This document shows positions 26,856 to 37,519 of a stretch of DNA of 64,000 bases, in pieces. A program made the position numbers and the translations under genes. Source of the stretch: Macrostomum lignano (Eukaryota). The notes under the pieces were generated by a model. The model searched no databases. It saw only the letters and a list, made by a program, of their open reading frames with translations, and was not told where the DNA came from. The DNA lies in the NCBI GenBank assembly GCA_002269645.1, contig NIVC01000536.1:124001-188000 (forward strand), written 5' to 3'. The number at the start of each line of letters is the position of its first letter. Within the stretch, counting starts at the first letter, position 1.

Positions 26856-26980
26856 AAACTTACATCTTTGGCAGTCAATTGTCGTGCCCTCGCGCCAAAT
26901 TGGTGAATTTCCCTTAACACACCAGTTCATATTACGAGATGCAAACAGTCGGCAAAGAACACTGCGAATTTAGAAACAGT

Positions 26981-27571
26981 TCAACTAGAAACATTAGACG
27001 AAGCCGGGGCCGAGGCGGACTTGCCAGCCTTCAGATTGCGCATGGTCTCCTGGTGCTTGACGAATTTATCGTAATATTCGTGACCGGGCGGTATCTGGCC
27101 GTTCATCGCCCGCAGGGTGTGCTTGTAGCCTTTGCGGTGCGCTTCCAGCAGCTCGTCAGAGCTGACGGTCACTTTGCACAGCTCGCACAGCTTGCCCTTG
27201 GCTTTGACTGGCGGCGGGGTGTGTAGGAGTTCGTGTACAGATGGAGTAACAGCATCTTGGGACATCATTGGGCCAGTATAAAACACACAAACCGGACTTA
27301 TTGACAGCGCTATAATGATGGTCAGAAGGACAGACGAGCACGCTGACAGACATACAGACAGATAGCCAGACAGACAGACAGACAGTCAGACAGACAGTCA
27401 GACAGATAGACAGTCAGACAGACGGACAGACAAACAGATAGACAGTCAGACAGACGGACAGACAGACAGACAGACAGCCAGACAGTCAGACAGACAGTCA
27501 GACAGACGGACAGACAAACAGATAGACAGTCAGACAGACGGACAGACAGACAGACAGACAGCCAGACAGTC

Positions 27572-27604
<33 letters not shown>

Positions 27605-27795
27605 GTCAGACAGACGGACAGACAAACAGATAGACAGTCAGACAGACGGACAGACAAACAGATAGACAGTCAGACAGACGGACAGACAGACAGACAGACA
27701 GCCAGACAGACAGACAGACAGACAGACAGACAGTCAGACAGACGGACAGACAAACAGATAGACAGTCAGACAGACAGACAGACAGACAGATAGCC

Positions 27796-27869
<74 letters not shown>

Positions 27870-27915
27870 TCAGACAGACAGACAGACAGAGACAGACAGA
27901 CAGACAGAGACAGTC

Positions 27916-27948
<33 letters not shown>

Positions 27949-30900
27949 GAGACAGTCACAGACAATCAGGCACTCACTCATCTGCTGCTGGTGCTGCTGG
28001 TAGGCCACCCGGTGCGCCTTGGAGTTGAAGTGGTGCTCAGCCTGGCTGAAGGTGGTGAACTCGGGCACATCGCACACAGAGCACTTCATGTGGTGCCGTT
28101 TGCCCAGCAGTTTCTGGATCTCGGCCTTGGGCATCTGGCTCAGCGCGGCGCTGTGATTCACGTTGGATCCGGGCGGGAGCATGGGGCCCAGGGTCTTGGC
28201 TGAGCCCTTCTGCTGCATCGACTGCATGGCCTGGACAGGTGAGCATGGATTACCAACTTGTTTTGAAATTTTCACCGCTAAATAGCCAGGATCAATTGCC
28301 CACTCGAAAGTCTAATCAAAATCATAATTCAGGCGGGAAATCTTTAAATTCACCATGAACCACATCTTTCCCGAGCCTCACCTTGACCTCGGCCACTTTG
28401 TTCTTCTTGCTCGTGATGAGGGCGGCCGCAGTTGGATCGCCAGAAGCTTTAAGGGCGTTCAGGTGTTTCATGCCGTTCAGGTGGGTCTGCAGGAGGCCAA
28501 GTGGGGCACGAGTTTTGTAATTCAGCGATGCCTGACTTACCTGCTTACAGATTAGACCGAAACACCAACCTGACCCTAACACCCTACCTGGGGAACCTGA
28601 CCCCAACACCCTACCTGGGGAACCCGACCCCAACACCCTACCTGGGGAACCCGACCCCAACACCCTACCTGGGGAACCCGACCCCAACACTCTACCTGGG
28701 GAACCCGACCCCAACACCCTACCTGGGGAACCCGACCCCAACACCCTACCTGGGGAACCCGACCCCAACACCCTACCTGGGGAACCCGACCCCAACACCC
28801 TACCTGGGGAACCCGACCCCAACACCCTACCTGGGGAACCCGACCCCAACACTCTACCTGGAGAACCTGACCCCAACACCCTACCTGGAGAACCTGACCC
28901 TAACACCCACCCTACCTGGGGAACCCGACCCCAACACCCTACCTGGAGAACCTGACCCCAACACCCTACCTGGAGAACCTGACCCTAACACCCTACCTGG
29001 AGAACCCGACCCCAACACCCTACCTGGAGAACCTGACCCTAACAACCTACCTGGAGAACCTGACCCTAACACCCTACCTGGAGAACCTGACCCTAACACC
29101 CTACCTGGAGAACCTGACCCCAACACCCTACCTGGAGAACCTGACCCCAACACCCTACCTGGAGAACCTGACCCCAACACCCTACCTGGAGAACCTGACC
29201 CTAACACCCTACCTGGAGAACCTGACCCTAACACCCTACCTGGGGAACCCGACCCCAACACCCTACCTGAAGAACCTGACCCTAACAACCTACCTGGGGA
29301 ACCCGACCCCAACACCCTACCTGGGGAACCCGACCCTAACACCCTACCTGGAGAACCTGACCCTAACACCCTACCTGGAGAACCTGACCCTAACACCCTA
29401 CCTGGAGAACCTGACCCTAACACCCTACCCCAACACCCTACCTGGAGAACCTGACCCTAACACCCTACCCCCAACACCCTACCTAGAGAACCCGACCCCA
29501 ACACCCTACCTGGGGAACCCGACCCTAACACCCTACCTGGGAACCCGACCCCAACACCCTACCTGGGGAACCCGACCCCAACACCCTACCTGGAGAACCT
29601 GACCCCAACACCCTACCTGGAGAACCTGACCCTAACACCCTACCTGGAGAACCTGACCCTAACACCCTACCTGGGGAACCCGACCCCAACACCCTACCTG
29701 AAGAACCTGACCCTAACAACCTACCTGGGGAACCCGACCCCAACACCCTACCTGGGGAACCCGACCCTAACACCCTACCTGGAGAACCTGACCCTAACAC
29801 CCTACCTGGAGAACCTGACCCTAACACCCTACCTGGAGAACCTGACCCTAACACCCTACCCCAACACCCTACCTGGAGAACCTGACCCTAACACCCTACC
29901 CCCAACACCCTACCTAGAGAACCCGACCCCAACACCCTACCTGGGGAACCCGACCCTAACACCCTACCTGGGAACCCGACCCAACACCCTACCTGGGGAA
30001 CCCGACCCCAACACCCTACCTGGAGAACCTGACCACAACACCCTACCTGGAGAACCTGACCCTAACACCCTACCTGGAGAACCTGACCCTAACACCCTAC
30101 CTGGGGAACCCGACCCCAACACCCTACCTGAAGAACCTGACCCTAACAACCTACCTGGGGAACCCGACCCCAACACCCTACCTGGGGAACCCGACCCTAA
30201 CACCCTACCTGGAGAACCTGACCCTAACACCCTACCTGGAGAACCTGACCCTAACACCCTACCTGGAGAACCTGACCCTAACACCCTACCCCCAACACCC
30301 TACCTGGAGAACCTGACCCTAACACCCTACCCCCAACACCCTACCTAGAGAACCCGACCCCAACACCCTACCTGGGGAACCCGACCCTAACACCCTACCT
30401 GGGAACCCGACCCCAACACCCTACCTGGGGAACCCGACCCCAACACCCTACCTGGAGAACCTGACCCTAACACCCTACCCCCAACACCCTACCTAGAGAA
30501 CCCGACCCCAACACCCTACCTGGGGAACCCGACCCTAACACCCTACCTGGGAACCCGACCCCAACACCCTACCTGGGGAACCCGACCCCAACACCCTACC
30601 TGGAGAACCTGACCCCAACACCCTACCTGGAGAACCTGACCCTAACACCCTACCTGGAGAACCTGACCCTAACACCCTACCTGGGGAACCCGACCCCAAC
30701 ACCCTACCTGAAGAACCTGACCCTAACAACCTACCTGGGGAACCCGACCCCAACACCCTACCTGGGGAACCCGACCCTAACACCCTACCTGGAGAACCTG
30801 ACCCTAACACCCTACCTGGAGAACCTGACCCTAACACCCTACCTGGAGAACCTGACCCTAACACCCTACCCCCAACACCCTACCTGGAGAACCTGACCCT

Positions 30901-32038
30901 AACACCCTACCCCCAACACCCTACCTAGAGAACCCGACCCCAACACCCTACCTGGGGAACCCGACCCTAACACCCTACCTGGGAACCCGACCCCAACACC
31001 CTACCTGGGGAACCCGACCCCAACACCCTACCTGGAGAACCTGACCCCAACACCCTACCTGGAGAACCTGACCCTAACACCCTACCTGGAGAACCTGACC
31101 CTAACACCCTACCTGGGGAACCCGACCCCAACACCCTACCTGAAGAACCTGACCCTAACAACCTACCTGGGGAACCCGACCCCAACACCCTACCTGGGGA
31201 ACCCGACCCTAACACCCTACCTGGAGAACCTGACCCCAACACCCTACCTGGGGAACCCGACCCCAACACCCTACCTGGAGAACCTGACCCTAACACCCTA
31301 CCTGGAGAACCTGACCCTAACACCCTACCTGGGGAACCCGACCCCAACACCCTACCTGAAGAACCTGACCCTAACAACCTACCTGGGGAACCCGACCCCA
31401 ACACCCTACCTGGAGAACCTGACCCTAACACCCTACCTGGAGAACCTGACCCTAACACCCTACCTGGAGAACCTGACCCTAACCCAAAATTACATTATTT
31501 TTCGCTTGTTTTCTTCATAGGTAAGTCGCATTTTTGGTTAAAAAGTAAGTCGCACGGCCGGTGTAAATCAGCGGCTTGCGCATGTATGGCAGTAATTACA
31601 ATGTTGCTTGAAGTGCGCCAGGATACACACCCCTGCCTCTCTAAACAAGCAAAAACTAAAAAAACTACAGCACTAGTCCGCAAAACTTGCCTGCATGAGC
31701 TCCGGCTGCAGGGTCAGGTCGCACAGCTGGCAATAGACATCGGGATGCTTAGCCTCCTTCTTGCGTTGAAACTCGGCGTCGCGCACCTTCTTGGCGTGCT
31801 TGGCACCGTTGATGTGCATCTGATAGGCGGCCTCGCTGGTGCACTTGGCGTCGCACAGGGAGCACATGAGAGCTCCGTCAACTGACATTGGCTGGTCGCC
31901 GCTTTGGTTACTACTAGATGCCGCCGCTCTCTGCTGTTTATTCAGCATCTCCTGGTGCTGGACGGTGCCCAGGTGGATCTGTAGCATGTTCTCGTCTAAT
32001 AGGTTGACATTGCACAAGCTGCAGAAGAAGTTGCTCAT
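26981..32038 (-). CDS. Matrin/U1-type C2H2 zinc-finger protein with five fingers (ZNF346/ZNF385/ZMAT3-like, putative dsRNA-binding), ~326 aa; exons complement(31691..32038, 28382..28486, 27978..28230, 26981..27255)
   Basis: Five widely spaced C-X2-C-X11..13-H-X5-H fingers: CSLC..HLGTVQH, CSLC..HINGAKH, CQLC..HLNGMKH, CSVC..HFNSKAH, CELC..HRKGYKH. Phases 0,0,1 are compatible, total 981 nt. Intron 1 needs a GC donor (CAG|gcaagt). Orthology not determined. Confidence 0.85.
27338..27966. repeat. (CAGA)n-type microsatellite, zinc-finger intron 3
   Basis: Directly visible. Confidence 0.95.
28565..31485. repeat. 27-bp satellite (CCTACCTGG[G/A]GAACC[C/T]GACCC[C/T]AACAC)n, ~105 copies, zinc-finger intron 1, with ~430-bp higher-order blocks
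   Basis: Directly visible; the variant CCTGAAGAACC recurs at ~29270, 29700, 30130, 30710, 31142 and 31358. Confidence 0.97.
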
Positions 32039-33939
32039 CTTGTGTGTGGGAAAGCAGATGCTTGCATGCATGAATGCAAATTATACACACATATATTCAC
32101 ATGATTATAAAACATACATGCGCAACTGCTGGCCGACCTGGCCGATCTAGCCACGTCACTGTAAATTGTGGTGGACCAAGGGTAGGTCGCAAAAATGCCC
32201 ACCCAAAAGAATAGACGTAGTAATAATTAGATGACGCGGCATTTAGCCCTAATAAGACAGTTATAGTTACTCCAACCGTTTACCCAAAATTGTGTTAATT
32301 TTTTATTTAGGATCAAACGGCCAATGTAAATCAGAGGGTTGCGAGAAAACTAGCTTTGGCACAACTTGACCATGGCTTAAATAGGGGCCATTGATATCTT
32401 TAGTATAGACATGAGTCAAAATCTATCTTAGATTCTAATCTTATCTTATCTTAGCAACAATAACTAATATTTCTTAGCAACAACAACAATAACAATTAAG
32501 GCTAAATGCTGGTCATCTAATTAGTACTACATCTATATTTTTCAAATCTAGGCATTTTTGCAACTTAATGTGGCTGGGCCCCTTGCCAACCAGATAGATC
32601 AGCTAGGTATTGCATATGCATGCTTTTATGTATAAGCAGAAGCCTATATAAAGAAACTAGCTAATTCACTTATATTAGAAACTATTTTATATTCTAAAGA
32701 ACTTTTGGTTAAAAGAATTGTACTACTTATAATTAGGAGATCTAAGACTTAAAGTAATAAATGAAAGCAAAATTAAGTTCAAGCCTTGGCTTTGTTAAAA
32801 TGGCTAAAACAAAGTCCTATCTTTGACTTGACTTATCAATAGTATTAATATTACTAGATATTACTTTGTAGGCTTCTTTGCAGGTTTTTTGCCAGAGACA
32901 AGGTACAAAATTTCACTATATACCCAATTTCAAGGTGTGATTTTAAGGCTCAGAGTGCAATTTCTTTTATTAAATGAGGCTTAAGCCTTAAAAGGAAAAA
33001 TAGATTATGTGACCATACCTAAACTGCATCCACTTTTCAATATCAGGGTGCAATTTCAAAATTTATGGTGCATATATACACACTCTATGCACAAAAAGCC
33101 TAAAGCAAAGGTCAAGCAAAAACTATATACAAAAAACAAAAACATTTAATTTTAAGTTTCTAAGTTATGTATTTGTATATATATAGGCCTAAGGCCTGCT
33201 TGCTTTTTATTTTATAGTAACATATAATGAAATATTTGTAAAAAAACTTTAGAAGCAAAAAATATTTATATAGATGCCAAATATAGGCCTATCCTATGTT
33301 TAACCTAAATTAAGGTCTCCAGTGAGATTTTGAAAGTTTCAAATTTACAAGCTATTTTTTAGATATGTATCTGATAGAAGACAATAACAGCATTAAAAAA
33401 TGGCACCTTGCAGATACCATAAATTGTGACTAGCTGATACCACAAATTTTTATTAAGTACCAGGTAAACCCTTATTAGAACTGTTACAATTTTTTCAAGA
33501 TTAAAATCAGCTGAAACATTGTTCAAATTTAAAATGACATTGAATGACATCATGCTCATTCCTCAGCCTTGATATTTTTCTACTAATTCTCAGATCCACA
33601 CTAGCAATATGCAGCCTGTTGCTCTTTTTCTTTGCAAGGTTGAAGGTGGCATAACCAATATTTTATGCCTGTAAGCTGAAAGCCACCATGGAAGAGCTCA
33701 TGATGGTATTTAGCACAATGATTCTTGATGACTGTCAGGAGGACAATCAATGGCACCTCCAAGCTAATATCTTGCTCAGCCTAGACTTCCTCATGACAGA
33801 CCATGTCATTGTAAATAAAAGTCTTAAAAAATGTTAGTTTTTTTGTTTCGGCCTTTGTATTCTATGCCATGCTAATCTTATCAATAAATCAATATATACA
33901 AGGACTTTACTAAAACAAATTTTTGTACACTTTGACTGC

Positions 33940-35200
33940 AGGTGCTAATTGATAAAATGCACCAGATCCTGGTAGAACTAGAACAAGCAATTCAGCAACT
34001 TGTCATGCATATTTTCTGTGGGATGCACATGATAGTGAACTTTCTATCTGTTGCTAAGGTTGGCCTGCACATATTTAAGCACTATGTGTTTGCTGATTCT
34101 GTGAGGGCTATGTTGCTTCCTTGATTTTGACCATCCAAAGTTGAATCTGGCATGCTGCACCTTATTTGCAAAGTGTGCAAAGCATTTCATCATAATGGCA
34201 ATGAATAATGCGGCATTGGCTACCCTTTGGCAATTTACCTTGAAGCCCATGGAAGACTGTGGATGGAAGATTTCTATAGAAACTACATATGTGGCTTTTC
34301 TAAATGGTGGCACTATTTTCTGGCAACAAAAAATCTTGCTCAATTTTCTGATAGAGTATCTGGCCAGCAACTGCTTATTGTTTATGGTATATGCTGACTT
34401 GGCATCACCATTGCTTCTCTGTGACTACTGTGCTTTTGGCCTTTTCAATATTTTGTTTATTCAACCATTGTGGGTTCTATTGCATTGCAAGGACATTACC
34501 ATTCTAGATATGAATAAGTGCTACAAGTGTGCCATTGCATGGTTGCATAGCCTAGATTTTGGCCATCCAAGGTTGAATCTGGCATGCTATACCTTATTAG
34601 CACAGCCTATAAAGCTTTAGTGAATGCCATTTTTGTATCTAGCAAGATGGATAGTGCTTTTCTAGAGCTGTGTAATACTCTCATGCAGGAAAATTACCTT
34701 ATTGATACATGGACTATATTCACAGCAGATCCTAACAATGCACTAGACAACAAGCTAGTTGGCCACGCCCAACAGGTTATCATGGTGCATATGGCTGTGC
34801 TCATAGAGCGGGAGGTTTAAGAACATCTACCTAATGATGCTAAGAAAGCTACCAAAGGACATGGCCACACTAGCATAAACTATTCCAAAGGAAAATGTGC
34901 CTGGCAAGTGTCTTGTAGTTCTTGATTATCTAGTCACTGACTATCCAAATATATACCCTATGACACATGAAGCCATGTTTTATTTAGCTAAAATAGCATT
35001 GCCTAATGGATAGCTGCAAAGTCTAAAGAATAACAATGCAAAACAATTGCTTGAGCACAAAATATTTTTGCAATGATAGAAATGCAATAGAAAGAAAATG
35101 ATATAGGTGTACAGAAGCGTTAGCAAGAGATCCTATATATACAACTTGCCAAAAAGCAACACAAAATGGATAGTGAAAAAGTGGCATACATGTTCCTGCA
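33940..35200 (+). pseudogene. Decayed DDE-type (RNase H fold) DNA-transposon transposase remnant; superfamily not assigned
   Basis: Broken frames read HIFCGMHMIVNF (CxxH-like), ESGMLHLICKVCKAF, FLNGGTIF...VYADL...CAFGLFNILFIQPLW...ILDMNKCY, LIEREV*EHLP and TIPKENVPGKC (where an ER-type catalytic motif would be expected). There are many stops and frameshifts, plus a ~45-nt internal duplication (34131/34563). Resemblance to invertebrate transposase-like proteins is from memory; no TIRs found. Confidence 0.5.
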
Positions 35201-37519
35201 ATTGCAGAATCAAATTGTGAAATAAAAGTAAATTTAAATGGAAAGTAATTATTTTGAAAAAATGAAAGAAATCTTAGCATGTATTGACTTCTCGCTATAG
35301 AGAGTATCAGCAAAAAAGTAAAAAAGTGAAACAAAGGAGCAAAAAAGTCATTTGATACGCCGTGATACTAGAAAATGAAGCTTGTAATAAGTCTCATTTT
35401 TTCTGGGATTCAATTACAATTTTTCCAGGTTGGAAAAAATTTGGCATATACTGGCATATCAAATAAATTGTATGAGATTTTAGTCAAGTGTACATTCAAC
35501 TTCAAGGTGTTCTGCACTATGGCTAAGTAGGAGAAGGCAATTGTTTCTTAGCTATAGCTTTCTAAGCTGATCATTAATGAGTGTTTCATTTAGAGTCCCT
35601 ACTATATTTTAAAAGGAAGTTCAATAATTTCTTTCCTTTTTTTATCACTTTTTGTTTAGAGTTTTGCTTCCTAAAAGATCATATGAAACTGCACATTTGA
35701 AAGATATATTTTTCTAGTTTTTTTTAATGAATTTTTTTGGATTTTTGTAATAACCAGTTTAACATAGCATGCTAGCAATTTAACTTCAAATTTTTAGAAA
35801 TTTTTCATCAAATTAGTGCATTGGAGTCCCTACCTATATAATTAAGCCTAATAAACCCTATAAAGAAATAAAGCCTACCCTATAGTCTATACGCTATACT
35901 AATATTATCAACATAGCTTACCTAGAAAACTGTAAAGAACCCAGAGTCCCAGAGAATTTTGAATATTTTGGCAAAAAAATGCAATCAAAATTACTAAATC
36001 AGTTCAATCTCTAGAGCATTACATTACAGAGAAGCATACAAACCTTAGAGATTTAGTATATTAATATATATTAGTATATATTTAGTGTAATTATTTTGTA
36101 TATTTAGATAATTAGATATTACATATGCAAAAACGCACCATGGCCCATGCTACAAAGAGTTTGTGGTGTTCTAATTCTATCAAAAGATTTCGTTTTGCTT
36201 GGTACAAATCCTTATACAATTGGAGCCAGCCAGAATGCATTTTGAGATTGAATGGGCTTAGGCCCATCTATTGAGTATTTACACTTTTATTATAAAATTA
36301 TAAAAGTTATAGAATGGAAAAATAATTAAAGAGGATTAAAAAGCTTTCGTATTGGAAAAGTAGATAATATAATAGCCCTTTCCTTGCTGTACCAGAATAC
36401 CATGCACGCCTTTCTCTATGCCAACGCACCACAAAATCGGAAAATGCATTGTCTGTAATAGTTCTATCGGACTATATATGGTCTTAGTGTAAATTGTAAA
36501 TGTTTTTAATTGTGTTACTTAAATCAGACTGTGTTAGTGTTACTAGTTACCAGTACCAGAGTATAATCCACATTACATGGCTGCTCTGTTCCTGTTAGCA
36601 GCATGACTCTATGATGGTCGATGTTGATGGTGTGTGCGATCACGGGCTCATCACGATGCAAACAATGCAAAAACAACAGAAAAAACCGCAAGAATTACAA
36701 CTATTTTAACAACAGAATATTCTAAAAGTTGTGAAACTGAATTAAAGTACTCTAAGAGAAAAATAAAAAAGTAAATAAATAAATGCTCTTTGCGTTAAAC
36801 CACAAAAACGTCGTGTTTAATTTCCTTTGGTTTTCACCTTTCCATCACTTATTTTAAACCCACATTGCCATGATTAAAGCGATAATCAACTAGGAACCAA
36901 AAAGGTTCAGATTGTTTATCTTAGAGTAAAATGACAAAGATAAAAAACATTAATTCTGAATATTTAGGAGAAGAACTACAAAGACGTCAGTAACTCCAGA
37001 CTAGAGCATCAAAAAATTATCAGTAATTGTCTGAAAAGACCACTCAGTGAGTACTTAAATGAAGCAACATTTTCTGGCAAATTAAGACATTTTGAAAGTT
37101 TTACAGGTTGCGACTGTATCTTCTCTGTCAAGTGTTTCAGTAAGTTTTTCAAGGTCACAAAAAGTGTATTTTTTACCCAACAAGAAAATTTTATAAGGAG
37201 CTTTAAATGTACTGCACTATGGCTTCCTTGAAAAAGCAAAAACAGTTTATTCGCTATATAGTCCGCTGCGATCATGAAGGATTTAAGGATATATTACAAC
37301 AGTCAACAGTATTAGATTAGAACTTATGTGCTTAAAAATAGGCCTATTTTGTACATTGATTTTACAATACGAGTAAACTATAAATTGCAACTTATTCTTG
37401 CCCAGTTCATTTATATATGGGAACGAGAATTGGACACTCATATTGTTTGCGTTTGCGAACCCCTTTTGCAGTTTTAGGGGCTCGAATTAACAAGAAATTG
37501 GTTCCATTTGTTGGATGTA

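Noticed and set aside
28501-31458. PGEPDPNTL / GSGSPGRVL repeat-protein ORFs
   Set aside because: Translation of the 27-bp intronic satellite, broken by 1-nt indels and lying inside the zinc-finger intron.
32159-36500. Terminal inverted repeats for the decayed transposon (CACTGTAAATTGTGG... at ~32158)
   Set aside because: No matching inverted copy or TSD found on the right side.
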